Source: an uncultured Clostridia bacterium
GTDB lineage: Bacteria > Bacillota > Clostridia > Christensenellales > UBA1242
Assembly (NCBI GenBank): GCA_947584415.1
Contig: CANPWN010000001.1
Location: 77,216-141,215, forward strand
Direction: 5' to 3'
DNA length: 64,000 nt
Positions 9,738 to 19,349 of the stretch are shown here, in pieces. The position numbers and the translations under genes were made by a program. Position 1 is the first letter of the stretch. Each line of letters starts with the position of its first letter. A model generated the notes under the pieces. The model saw only the letters and a program-made list of their open reading frames with translations, was not told where the DNA came from and did no database searches.

Positions 9738-11249
9738 CTATTTATTTTGATAAAAAATGATGATTTGTTGATTTTCTTGCAGAGGGAATATCACATTAGG
9801 GTTTTGCTCGGCAATAACATTTTCTTTGACGCGGTTCATCTTTGCAACATCCCAAAGCGTTGCTCCCTGCCCTGCAAAAACAAGTTGCATTGCATAATCA
9901 CGCTCATTTAATGCCTCGCCTTCTTTTGCATCTGAGATGACTGCGGAAACTTCATCCTCGCAAATTTGGACAATTGCCCGCACTTTGCCATCAAAGAACA
10001 ATTCTCTGCCTTTCTTTGCAACAACATCAACATCTGTCAATATTGCACTGCTAAGCAAAGTTGCATTTTCTGACGCTTTGGTCTTTTCAGAAATTTGAAA
10101 TGGAACTTCAATTTCAACTGAATTTTGCGAACCCTCATCATCATTTAAATAAACAACACATGTTTTTGCAATTCCTTCCAGTATAAGTTCATCACCACTC
10201 ACATAAGTGTTTGTGATTTGTGCAGATGAGCCAAAGGTGAACAAAATTTTGTCAATTCTTGGCTGTTCTTGGTCAATGGTCAAAGAGCCATCAATCTTCC
10301 CTTCAATGCACTCCATAACTTTTGGTCTTGACATATTAAAACTTTCAGTGCTAACTTCAATTTCATTTTGTGTGCTGTAAAGGTCAACCACCATGTTTAG
10401 TCCGCTCTCTTCAAAGGCATAAGCGGTGATTTCAAAAGTTGTGCTAACCGAAATTTTGCCACCTTTGTCGTCATTGTCAACACTAACTTTAACATTATCT
10501 GCGTTGACAAAACTTGTTGCTTCAACAAAACTATCTCTGCTCACGCCCTCAATTTCAATCTCTTCTTTGAAGGCGTCATAGACTTGTATGGTGGAAAATT
10601 TGTCATTTTCATCAATATAAAGCACATTTGTCACAACATCTCCGCTCACTGCAACAAAATTTGTTGACGGCTCTGCCTCTTTGACAATGACACTTGTTTG
10701 GCTTCCAAGCACCTTTTTTACTTTCTCACGAGTGCCCCTTTCTGCAACTTCCTGAGCCTGTGCTGACCCTGAACCAATATAGCGGACAATGGAAAGTTCT
10801 TCTTCTTTTGCGCAAATGTTTTCATCATTGCACCCAATTGAGTTCACATCCACTGTCTCAATCAAAACGCCAGACTGCTCCAAAGTGACATTGATTGTCA
10901 CTTCGCTGCCAGATATGGCCTCAATTTCATGGTCGACCTCTTTCAAACTGATGATTGCTTTTTCTCCTGTCGAAATTGCTTTGTCCTCAAATTTGGAGGT
11001 GAAAGGACAAGATGATGACGCGCTGTCAATTTCGTCATTATCAAGTTGATAAATCATGCAAATGTCAAGTTTTCCATTGTAACTTACTTGCCCTGGAGTG
11101 ATTTCTTGTGTTGACGCAAGTGCGTTAAATGACAAAGCAAAAACTTTTTTTACTTCGCCATCTGCGGCAATTTTGCATGTCAAACTAATCTCTCCGTTTG
11201 GCAAGCGTGTTTTTTTCAACACCTTAAAACTTTTGTTTTCAAACGCCAT
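9738..11249 (-). CDS. SPOCS/DUF3794-like repeat protein (hypothetical)
   Basis: Acidic beta-rich repeats. Start at ATG 11249 follows AGGGGGAAAT. The family call rests on general resemblance and the sporulation-gene context only. Confidence 0.4.
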   Translation of the reverse strand: MAFENKSFKVLKKTRLPNGEISLTCKIAADGEVKKVFALSFNALASTQEITPGQVSYNGKLDICMIYQLDNDEIDSASSSCPFTSKFEDKAISTGEKAIISLKEVDHEIEAISGSEVTINVTLEQSGVLIETVDVNSIGCNDENICAKEEELSIVRYIGSGSAQAQEVAERGTREKVKKVLGSQTSVIVKEAEPSTNFVAVSGDVVTNVLYIDENDKFSTIQVYDAFKEEIEIEGVSRDSFVEATSFVNADNVKVSVDNDDKGGKISVSTTFEITAYAFEESGLNMVVDLYSTQNEIEVSTESFNMSRPKVMECIEGKIDGSLTIDQEQPRIDKILFTFGSSAQITNTYVSGDELILEGIAKTCVVYLNDDEGSQNSVEIEVPFQISEKTKASENATLLSSAILTDVDVVAKKGRELFFDGKVRAIVQICEDEVSAVISDAKEGEALNERDYAMQLVFAGQGATLWDVAKMNRVKENVIAEQNPNVIFPLQENQQIIIFYQNK

Positions 11250-11375
11250 ATTTCCCCCTATTAAGCCTTTTTGTCGTGGCTTTTTCATGAAGTATTCTAT
11301 TTGCAGCAGATGACAAGTATTCCAAAATGTTTAAAATTCTTTTTTATTGGCAAAAAAGAAAAAAAAGGAGAAAGT

Positions 11376-11606
11376 ATGAAAAGAGACACCGGAGAATTGC
11401 AGTTTATTAAAGATAAAATTAAATCTCTTAAAGGCGTGACCGTGGAGATGAGCATAAACCGTGGCAGAAGAAAGGTTGATGTTGTCAGCGCAATTGTCAA
11501 AGATGTTTATCCTTCTGTTTTTACTGTGAGCATTGCAAACGCAAGACAACCCCTTCAAACTTTTTCATATTTTGATGTGCTGTGCGGAAATGTTGTGATA
11601 GAATAA
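11376..11606 (+). CDS. veg: Veg (biofilm/sporulation-associated small protein)
   Basis: IKDKIKSLKGVTVEMSINRGRRKVDVVSAIVKDVYPSVFTV...FSYFDVLCGNV parallels B. subtilis Veg. ATG 11376 follows AAAGGAGAAAG. Confidence 0.85.
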   Translation: MKRDTGELQFIKDKIKSLKGVTVEMSINRGRRKVDVVSAIVKDVYPSVFTVSIANARQPLQTFSYFDVLCGNVVIE

Positions 11607-11634
11607 AAAAATGCAGAATTTTGGCTTATTTTGT

Positions 11635-11663
11635 TTGTTAAAAAGATAATTTTAAATTATACT
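11635..11663 (+). promoter_or_regulatory. sigma-A-type promoter TTGTTA-17-TATACT ending 6 nt before the MFS ATG
   Basis: Hexamers and spacing read directly from the sequence. Confidence 0.5.
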
Positions 11664-11669
11664 TAAATC

Positions 11670-12893
11670 ATGAATTCACAAGCACAAAAAAATAAGCGCA
11701 AAGTTTTCTTTTTTTTGACATATAAGGCTTTGGCAATAGATTACTTTTTGTTTTTTGCCATAGACACCATGTTTTTAAACGAAATCAAAGGCTTGTCTTT
11801 TTCAATGATTTCGCTTTTGATAACTGTGTTTGCGCTAAGTTACCTCCTCTTTTCAATTCCAGCCGTGAGAATTGTGAGAAAAATTGGCACTGCAAACGCG
11901 ACAAGAATTGGTGTGACATGCATGATGATTTCTCTTGCGCTGGTTTGTTTTGACCCATGGCTGATTTTTATTTCAAAAGTGTTTTATGCACTTGGATATG
12001 TGCTGAAAGGTGTGGCTGAGCCAAAACTTTTGAAAGACAATTTGAAAATGTATGGCTTAAGTGATAACTTTACAAAATACACAGCACTTGCCCGAGTTGC
12101 CTATAACATTATTGACGCAGTAACTTGCATTGCCGCCGGATTTTTATACACAATTTGGCCTTATGCACCAATCATACTTGGCACAAGCATTTTGTTTGTG
12201 GCAGTTATAATGTCCATCTTTATTAAAAACGAAAAAGAAGTTTACAAAAAAACTCATCATCTGCCGCCACACAATGTGCAGATGGAAAAATTTGAATACA
12301 TAAAACTTTTTAAATACAAAACAACCTGGCTCTTGTTGTTCTTTGCGGCGCTTTTCTTTTCTTTGATAAACTGCTCAGTAGACATCAACAAAATGGTCTT
12401 TCAGGACTTAGGTTACACCGCAATCATGATATCTGTGACGGTCGGACTTGTCAGAGTTTTTCGTGCGGTTACAACGCTCGTCTTTGAAAGAATATATCAC
12501 AAATTTGGCTTCAAAAGCATCTATGTTGCGGTCACTCTTGTCAGCGTTGGCATATTGGCAATTGGACTTGGAGGAATTTTCTTAAGCGGCTACACTGGAC
12601 TGGTTGTGCTTGGAATTGGAACGGCGTTTTTGTTCGCAAGTTATGACATGTATGACCTAGTGCGAGTGGATTTCGTCATGAACAGCCACGGCCTAACAAA
12701 ACGGCAATCTTTGCTTGTCATCACAAACATGGGAAACTATGGCGGCAGGATGCTCGTCTCCCTCGCCGTGAGTGGACTGTTGACAGTTCAAAGTGCGGCA
12801 GTAACAAATTTGATTTTGCTTGGGTGTCTTCTTCCGTTTTTGATTGTTATTTGCATTTTATTGGATAGAAAAAAGAAGATAAATAAATATTAA
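11670..12893 (+). CDS. MFS transporter
   Basis: 407 aa, about 12 hydrophobic segments, typical MFS loop spacing. Confidence 0.7.
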   Translation: MNSQAQKNKRKVFFFLTYKALAIDYFLFFAIDTMFLNEIKGLSFSMISLLITVFALSYLLFSIPAVRIVRKIGTANATRIGVTCMMISLALVCFDPWLIFISKVFYALGYVLKGVAEPKLLKDNLKMYGLSDNFTKYTALARVAYNIIDAVTCIAAGFLYTIWPYAPIILGTSILFVAVIMSIFIKNEKEVYKKTHHLPPHNVQMEKFEYIKLFKYKTTWLLLFFAALFFSLINCSVDINKMVFQDLGYTAIMISVTVGLVRVFRAVTTLVFERIYHKFGFKSIYVAVTLVSVGILAIGLGGIFLSGYTGLVVLGIGTAFLFASYDMYDLVRVDFVMNSHGLTKRQSLLVITNMGNYGGRMLVSLAVSGLLTVQSAAVTNLILLGCLLPFLIVICILLDRKKKINKY

Positions 12894-12922
12894 AAAAAAA
12901 CAAGGTTAGGCCTTGTTTTTTA
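12893..12922. terminator. bidirectional terminator hairpin (overlaps rpe stop codon)
   Basis: aaaaaaacaagg-ttagg-ccttgtttttt. Confidence 0.6.
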
Positions 12923-13574
12923 ATAATTTAACTGCTTTTCCTCGGTCTGGGCTTTTGTAAACAAAACTTCCACTCACAAGAATATCTGCCCCAAGTTCGT
13001 TTAATATTGGCGCATTTTTATCATTTATTCCGCCGTCAATTTCAATTTTAAAATTAAGGCAATTGTCCTTTTTAAATTTGTTGAGTTGACTGACCTTTTC
13101 AAATGTTTCATCCATGAACTCCTGCCCGCTTTTGCCTGGCTCAACTGACATCAAAAGTACAATATCAGGATAAAACAGAAAACTTTTGATGTCATTTATT
13201 GTGGTTGATGGCTTAAAACTAAGTCCAGCAAGCACACCTTTTGATTTGATATATGATATTGCCTGCAAAATTTGATTTTTGTTTTTGAAAGCCTCATAAT
13301 GCACAGTCAATATGTTTGCCCCTGATTTAATGTATTCTTCAAGCCTATCTAAAGGCTCTTCCGTCATCAAATGCACATCAAGTGGCAATAAAGTTTGAGC
13401 GTTGATGACTTTGACAAATTTGTAATCATATGTTTTGTTTTTAACAAATTTTCCATCCATCACATCACAATGCAATAAATCCGCAAAATTTTGCACCGAC
13501 TTTGCATAATCAATAATCTCCTGCAAATCTTTCATTGGGTCAGTGGAAAGAGCAATATCAACCTTTTTTTTCAT
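12906..13574 (-). CDS. rpe: ribulose-phosphate 3-epimerase
   Basis: HCDVMDGKFV, DVHLM and IEIDGGI motifs. Conserved position after rsgA. Confidence 0.9.
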   Translation of the reverse strand: MKKKVDIALSTDPMKDLQEIIDYAKSVQNFADLLHCDVMDGKFVKNKTYDYKFVKVINAQTLLPLDVHLMTEEPLDRLEEYIKSGANILTVHYEAFKNKNQILQAISYIKSKGVLAGLSFKPSTTINDIKSFLFYPDIVLLMSVEPGKSGQEFMDETFEKVSQLNKFKKDNCLNFKIEIDGGINDKNAPILNELGADILVSGSFVYKSPDRGKAVKLLKNKA

Positions 13575-14406
13575 AATTTTTTCTCCCTTTCAAACTTTCA
13601 TATATTTTTTTATAACTTTCATATCTTTCCAAAGATATTTTGCCCTCGCTCACGGCTTTTTTAACCTCACAATCTTTTTCTTTGATGTGAGAACATGAGG
13701 AGAATTTGCATTTTGCAATATAGGGCAAAAACTCTGAAAAATAATTGCAAAGCGACCTTTCATCTATGCCAAGCAGACCTTCGTCAAGTTTTGAAAAGCC
13801 TGCCGTGTCTGTCACAAGAACTCCCTTTTCAAGTTCATATATTGAGCAAACTCTTGTTGTCTGTTTTCCTCTGTCAACGCGCCTGCTGAGCGACCCAACA
13901 AGTTCCTTTTCCTCTTTGCAAAGAACATTTATTAACGAACTTTTTCCAACTGCACTTTGCCCTGCGAAAGCGCACACCCCTTTTAAGCACTTTTTTAATT
14001 GTTCAGCGTCATTGTTTTTTGCCGAAACAAAGCAAATTTTTAATATTTTTGAATAAACTCTTTCAATTTTTTCTTTTAATTTTTCATCCAAAACATCAGT
14101 TTTATTGACGCATAAAATGGGTTTTACTTCATTTTTAACACAGAACGCAATAATCTTGTCAACAAGCACAAAATCAGGCTTTGGAACTGGAGAAATCACA
14201 ATAATCATCCTGTCCAAATTTGCAAGAGGCGGGCGGATAAACAAATTTTTTCTTTCACAGACTTTTTCAATTATCTTTTCTTCATTATTATACTCAACAA
14301 TGTCACCAACAAAAATTCCATTTTCCTTCAAGCCGCCACGAGCAACACATAACTGCCCATCAACAAGAAATTTGTCAGCAATTTTTTTTGTCACTCTTCC
14401 CCTCAT
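13558..14406 (-). CDS. rsgA: ribosome small-subunit-dependent GTPase A
   Basis: Circularly permuted GTPase motifs (NKTD ... GQSAVGKSSL ... DTAG) and a C-terminal CxxCxHxxxxxC zinc motif. ATG 14406 forms an ATGA overlap with rlmN. Confidence 0.9.
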   Translation of the reverse strand: MRGRVTKKIADKFLVDGQLCVARGGLKENGIFVGDIVEYNNEEKIIEKVCERKNLFIRPPLANLDRMIIVISPVPKPDFVLVDKIIAFCVKNEVKPILCVNKTDVLDEKLKEKIERVYSKILKICFVSAKNNDAEQLKKCLKGVCAFAGQSAVGKSSLINVLCKEEKELVGSLSRRVDRGKQTTRVCSIYELEKGVLVTDTAGFSKLDEGLLGIDERSLCNYFSEFLPYIAKCKFSSCSHIKEKDCEVKKAVSEGKISLERYESYKKIYESLKGRKNYEKKG

Positions 14407-15431
14407 GCCTTCTCCTTTTGCATTTGACTTCTCAGTTGCCCGCACGCTCCGGCAATATCATCACCCATTGTTCTTCTCTTTGTTGCGGCAACGCCCTTTT
14501 GATTTAGCCTTTCAACAAACGCATACGCCTTTTTGATGTTAACACCCTTGTAATCTCTCTCTTGAACTTTATTAAGCGGGATGACATTTATGTGGCACGG
14601 CAAACCTTTGACAAGTTCCGCAAGTCTGTCCGCCTCTTCCAGCGAGTCATTTTCACCTTCAATCAAAGTGAACTCAAAACTAAGTCTTCTTCCAGTTTTA
14701 TCAAAATAATATTTGCAAGCCTTTAAAATTTCTTTTATGGAATAAGCGTTTGCAATGGGCATGATTTGTTTGCGCTTTTCATCACTGCTTGCATGAAGTG
14801 ACACGGTTAATGTGACGGAAAAGCCATCATCTGCAAGTTTATAAATTTTAGGAACAAGACCGCAAGTTGAAAGAGTGATGTTCCTCTGGCTAAGGTTAAG
14901 TCCGTCTTTGCTGCTAACGAGTCTTAAAAATTTCGTCACTTCATCATAGTTGTCAAGCGGCTCGCCCATACCCATCAAAACAATGTTTGTCACCGCTCTT
15001 TTTTTGCTTGTCCCACCGTTTTCGCGGTTGACAAGCAGCACTTGTCCCAAGATTTCACCGGCAGTGAGATTTCGAACGAGGCCATTGATTGTTGACGCAC
15101 AAAATTTGCAACCCATTCTGCATCCAACCTGCGAGGACACGCAAATTGTTGAGCCATAACTATATTTCATAAGCACGCACTCGACCATTTCGCCGTCACC
15201 AAGTTTAATCAAAAATTTGGTCGTGCCGTCACGAGAAACAAGTTTTTTTGCAATTTCAAAATGCGGATAATCTGTTGCAATTTTTTCTTTGACTTCTTTT
15301 GGGATGGAAGTGGCCTCTTCCAAATTTTTTGCTTGCATCATTGCATCAAAAATTTGCTTTCCACGAAACGCAGGAAAACCAAGCGCCTTTACATAAGCAT
15401 CAAGTTCTTGCTTAGATAAATCTAAAAGCAT
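14403..15431 (-). CDS. rlmN: 23S rRNA/tRNA (adenine-C2)-methyltransferase, radical SAM
   Basis: CRMGCKFC radical-SAM cluster and the MGMGEPL and GACGQL motifs. ATG 15431 follows AAAGGGTGG. Confidence 0.9.
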   Translation of the reverse strand: MLLDLSKQELDAYVKALGFPAFRGKQIFDAMMQAKNLEEATSIPKEVKEKIATDYPHFEIAKKLVSRDGTTKFLIKLGDGEMVECVLMKYSYGSTICVSSQVGCRMGCKFCASTINGLVRNLTAGEILGQVLLVNRENGGTSKKRAVTNIVLMGMGEPLDNYDEVTKFLRLVSSKDGLNLSQRNITLSTCGLVPKIYKLADDGFSVTLTVSLHASSDEKRKQIMPIANAYSIKEILKACKYYFDKTGRRLSFEFTLIEGENDSLEEADRLAELVKGLPCHINVIPLNKVQERDYKGVNIKKAYAFVERLNQKGVAATKRRTMGDDIAGACGQLRSQMQKEKA

Positions 15432-15432
15432 T

Positions 15433-16338
15433 TCAGTCCACCCTTTCAATGTTTCTTAAGCCGTTTAAAAATGCCTTTCCATCCATAGTTTTGCCACTTG
15501 GACTTATCAGCGTCAAAATTTCCAAACTTGACATGTTACACTCAATCAAAAAGTGATTTTTATCCTTAATTATTTGCTTTGGAAGATAAAGCATGTTGTC
15601 TTCGCAAACTCTTGCACTTAGCACCTTAACCCTTTGCCCGTTAATTTCAAAATAACATCCGGGGTTATGAGCAAGCGCCCTAACTACGCCATAATTTTCA
15701 AGTGCTGAGCGCGTGAAATCAAGCCTTCCATCCTCTTTTGTGATAAGTTTTGTAAATGTTGGCGTGCCCTCTTGCTTAACAAAAGTTGCATGGCCTTTTT
15801 CAATCTTATCAAGTGCGCGCAAAAGAAGTGTTACACTTAGTTTTGCAAGTCTCTCTTCCAGACTAACATAATCATCTTGCGGCAAAATTTCAAGTTTTTC
15901 CTGCTCAATAATTTCGCCGGCATCAACCTCATACGCCATCTTTTGAATTGTCACACCGGTAACGCTCTCATTTTGCATGAGCGCAGTTTGAATTGGCGTT
16001 GGTCCTCTAAAAAGCGGCAAAAGAGAAGGATGAACATTAAGCCCAAGCCCAATATTTAAAAACTCACGCGACAAAATCTGCCCAAAAGATGCTGTGACAA
16101 AAAGGTCAAAGCCAAGCGCTTTGATTTCATCAATATGTTTGTTTACGCTGTCAAATTGCAGCACCTTTATGCCTTTTTCAAGTGCAAAAATCTTTGTATC
16201 TGGCATCTGTAATTTTTGTCCGCGGCTTGCAGGTTTATCAGGCTTGCAAATGACCGCAGCTACTGAATATCCTGCGTTTAAAATGCCTTCAAGCACAATT
16301 TTAGCAAATTTGGGTGACCCTAAAAACAATATTTTCAT
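15433..16338 (-). CDS. fmt: methionyl-tRNA formyltransferase
   Basis: MKILFLGSP..., HPSLLP motif, def-fmt ATGA overlap. Confidence 0.92.
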   Translation of the reverse strand: MKILFLGSPKFAKIVLEGILNAGYSVAAVICKPDKPASRGQKLQMPDTKIFALEKGIKVLQFDSVNKHIDEIKALGFDLFVTASFGQILSREFLNIGLGLNVHPSLLPLFRGPTPIQTALMQNESVTGVTIQKMAYEVDAGEIIEQEKLEILPQDDYVSLEERLAKLSVTLLLRALDKIEKGHATFVKQEGTPTFTKLITKEDGRLDFTRSALENYGVVRALAHNPGCYFEINGQRVKVLSARVCEDNMLYLPKQIIKDKNHFLIECNMSSLEILTLISPSGKTMDGKAFLNGLRNIERVD

Positions 16339-16808
16339 TTTTTACCATGCTTTTCAATATATTCTTTTCCGTGTTCGCTCTTATCAATAAACAAGATGCC
16401 ATCAAGATGGTCCATTTCATGGCAGACACATCTTGCAAAATACTTTTCACCGGTGATTTCGTATTTGTAACCAAGCCTGTCCTGAGCCCGAACGGTGATT
16501 TTGTAAGGTCTTGTGACTTTGTCCGAAAAAGAGCCAACACTAAGGCAACCTTCATCATCTGTTTGGCTGCCTTCCTCGGCAATAATTTTTGGGTTGATAA
16601 GTTCAAAATAGCAGCCGTTGATATCCATCACAATTGCACGAATAAGCACTCCAACTTGTGGCGCTGCAAGACCCATACCATTATTGGCATACATTGTCTC
16701 ACGCATATCATCCAACAAACTGTTAAGTTCATCATCAAAATCAGTGACTTCTTTGGACTTTTTGCGCAGACGCTCATCAGGAAATTTTAAAACTTTTCTT
16801 TTTGCCAT
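16335..16808 (-). CDS. def: peptide deformylase
   Basis: GLAAPQVG, EGCLS and HEMDH motifs. Confidence 0.95.
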   Translation of the reverse strand: MAKRKVLKFPDERLRKKSKEVTDFDDELNSLLDDMRETMYANNGMGLAAPQVGVLIRAIVMDINGCYFELINPKIIAEEGSQTDDEGCLSVGSFSDKVTRPYKITVRAQDRLGYKYEITGEKYFARCVCHEMDHLDGILFIDKSEHGKEYIEKHGKK

Positions 16809-16816
16809 TTTTCCTC

Positions 16817-18988
16817 CTAAGACATATTTTCTGGGTTGACCTCGAAAAAGACGCTGCTTTTCAAGGCATCTTTTGTGCAGTCAAAGATTTCGTCCTCAAT
16901 TTGTTTGCTTGCGGACTTAATTCTGATGACAATCTGATAGCGAAAAGAACTTTTAATTCTTTTTATTGGCGACTTCATGGCGTCCATGTAAATGATGTCA
17001 TCAATATACTTTTCTCGCACCTGTAACAGCCTATTATAACACGATTTAAGTTCATCTTTAACAACATTTTCATCAGTATTTGAAAAAAGTATGCGAATTA
17101 TCTTTGAAAATGGTGGGAATTTTGCTGTTGCGCGGATATTTGCCTCTTTTTTAAAAAAGCCTTTGTAATCATAATTTGCAGCAAACTTGTAAACATAGTG
17201 GCGCGGCGAATAGGTTTGCAAATCAACTTTGCCCTCAAATTGACTTCTTCCCGCCCTGCCAGAAACTTGGGTGATAAGCGAAAAACACCTTTCTGTGCTG
17301 CGATAATCAGAGCGATACAAACTCTGGTCAGCGTCAACAATGCCAACAAGCGTAACATTTTCAAAATCATGACCTTTGGCAATCATTTGCGTGCCAACCA
17401 AAATGGCAGGAAGAGTTGAAGCAAATTGTTCCAAAATCTTTTGATGAGAGTTCTTTTTTGACACAGTGTCATTATCCATCCTCAAAATTTTGACATCTGG
17501 GAAGATTTTTTGAAGTTCACTGACAATTCGCTCTGTGCCAACGGCCCCCTGCTTAATTTTGTCTGAGCCACAATTTGGACATCTGTCAAGCACTTTGTAT
17601 TGCTTGCCGCAGTAGTGACATTTAAGGCGGTTGTCCTCGCGGTGATAAACCAGACTGACATCACAGTCTTTGCACTTTGCAAGATATCCGCACTCACGAC
17701 ACATCATAAAGGAACTATAACCTCTGCGGTTGATGAAAAGCATGGCTTGTTTTTTGTCATTTATAACTTTTGCGAGGTCAGATAAAAGTTGAGTTGAAAA
17801 AATCCCACCATTGCCTGCACGAATTTCATTGAGCATGTCAATAATTTGAATTTTTGGGAGAGGCCTGCCATTTGCTCGCACAGGCATTTCAAGAAGTTGA
17901 ATTTCGCCCGTCACCGCTTTTTGATAATCCTCAATGCTTGGAGTCGCGCTGCCAAGCACAAGCGGGCAATGATTAAACTTTGCCCTAAACAAAGCAACCT
18001 CTTTGGAGTCAAAACGCGGGTTAGACTCGGAAATATATGACTGCTCGTGTTCCTCATCAACAATGATTATGCCCACATTTTCAATAGGCGCAAAAATGGC
18101 ACTTCTCGCACCAACCACCACTTTGGCGTCACCCGAAAAAATTCTGCGCCACTCGTCAAAGCGCTCTCCGGCTGAAAGGCTGGAGTGAATAAGAGCAATT
18201 TGCTCTCCAAAGCGTGCCTTAAATGTTGACATCACTTGTGGCGTCAAGGAGATTTCCGGCACAAGCATAATTGCCGTCTTTCCTTGGCTGAGGGCTTTGG
18301 AGATAAGATGCATATAAACTTCAGTTTTTCCGCTGCCCGTCACCCCGTGCAAAAGATAGGTCTTTGGCTGACAAATTGTTTTGATGGCGTTATCTTGCTG
18401 AGGATTCAAGGTGATTTTTTTGTCAAAATGCTCACTAAGATATGGTTTTCGAAAAACTTGCTCCTTTTCTAAAAGAATAAAGCCTTTATCAAGCAGCGCT
18501 TTAACGGCACTTGCCCCAAACTCATTTTTAAGTTCAGAAAGTCTAATTCTTTTGTAAATTTCAAGTTTTTCAACAATAATTTGCTGTTTTATTGCTCTTT
18601 TTAGGCTGTTTTTATCAATATTTTCGCTCAAAACCGCATATTTTTCAAAAAGTTCTTTAACTTTCCCCTCTCGAATTTCACTCGGAACGAACAGCCTTAA
18701 AACTGAAGTCTGCCTTAAATGAAACTCGCTGCACATGTATTGCATCAGGATAAGCATCTCTTCTTTTATCACCGGTTGCTCGTCAATAATTGAGATGATT
18801 GGCTTAATTTTGTTTGGAGTAAGTTCGCTTTTTTCTTTAAGTCCAATGACAAAACCTTGCAAAGTCCTCTTGCCAAACGGGACATAAACACGCATACCCT
18901 TCTTCACATCCATGTCGCCCGCAATGGCATAATCAAAAACTTTGTCAAGCGCCTTCACATCTTGGTCTATTATCACTTCTGCAAACAT
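16817..18988 (-). CDS. priA: primosomal protein N' (replication restart helicase)
   Basis: HGVTGSGKT Walker A, DEEH box, and Cys-rich zinc insert (CRECG...CKDC...CHYCG...CPNCG). Start MFAEVIID is at 18988. Confidence 0.92.
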   Translation of the reverse strand: MFAEVIIDQDVKALDKVFDYAIAGDMDVKKGMRVYVPFGKRTLQGFVIGLKEKSELTPNKIKPIISIIDEQPVIKEEMLILMQYMCSEFHLRQTSVLRLFVPSEIREGKVKELFEKYAVLSENIDKNSLKRAIKQQIIVEKLEIYKRIRLSELKNEFGASAVKALLDKGFILLEKEQVFRKPYLSEHFDKKITLNPQQDNAIKTICQPKTYLLHGVTGSGKTEVYMHLISKALSQGKTAIMLVPEISLTPQVMSTFKARFGEQIALIHSSLSAGERFDEWRRIFSGDAKVVVGARSAIFAPIENVGIIIVDEEHEQSYISESNPRFDSKEVALFRAKFNHCPLVLGSATPSIEDYQKAVTGEIQLLEMPVRANGRPLPKIQIIDMLNEIRAGNGGIFSTQLLSDLAKVINDKKQAMLFINRRGYSSFMMCRECGYLAKCKDCDVSLVYHREDNRLKCHYCGKQYKVLDRCPNCGSDKIKQGAVGTERIVSELQKIFPDVKILRMDNDTVSKKNSHQKILEQFASTLPAILVGTQMIAKGHDFENVTLVGIVDADQSLYRSDYRSTERCFSLITQVSGRAGRSQFEGKVDLQTYSPRHYVYKFAANYDYKGFFKKEANIRATAKFPPFSKIIRILFSNTDENVVKDELKSCYNRLLQVREKYIDDIIYMDAMKSPIKRIKSSFRYQIVIRIKSASKQIEDEIFDCTKDALKSSVFFEVNPENMS

Positions 18989-19054
18989 CTTTACTCCAAA
19001 AAAAATACTATTGCTTTGCAGCAATAGTATATCATATTTGAAAAATACAATCAA

Positions 19055-19252
19055 TTAAAAATTTGATGGAACAATCTTGTTTTGATAAACTTCTTCACAA
19101 GCAAGGCTGATTGCCTTTTTGTCCTGGTCAGCAAGTTCACTGTGGCGCACGGTTTCAATTTCCTTTGCGCGTTTGATAATCAAATTGCAAAGCACATAAA
19201 CATTGCCATTTGTCTTTCTGATAAGTTCATCAATTGGTGGATAAAGCATCAT
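19055..19252 (-). CDS. rpoZ: DNA-directed RNA polymerase subunit omega
   Basis: 65 aa; MLYPPIDELIRK...IIKRAKEI is omega-like; located upstream of priA. Confidence 0.75.
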   Translation of the reverse strand: MMLYPPIDELIRKTNGNVYVLCNLIIKRAKEIETVRHSELADQDKKAISLACEEVYQNKIVPSNF

Positions 19253-19349
19253 AACAGTTTACCTCTCTTTTAATTTGCACACATATTTTAGCACAAAACA
19301 TTTTTTTTGTAAACTATTTTTGCTTAGAGAAAAACTTTCAACCTTTTAC

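Noticed and set aside
16314-16790. 158-aa plus-strand ORF
   Set aside because: It is fully antisense to def, which has all three catalytic motifs. No SD is present.
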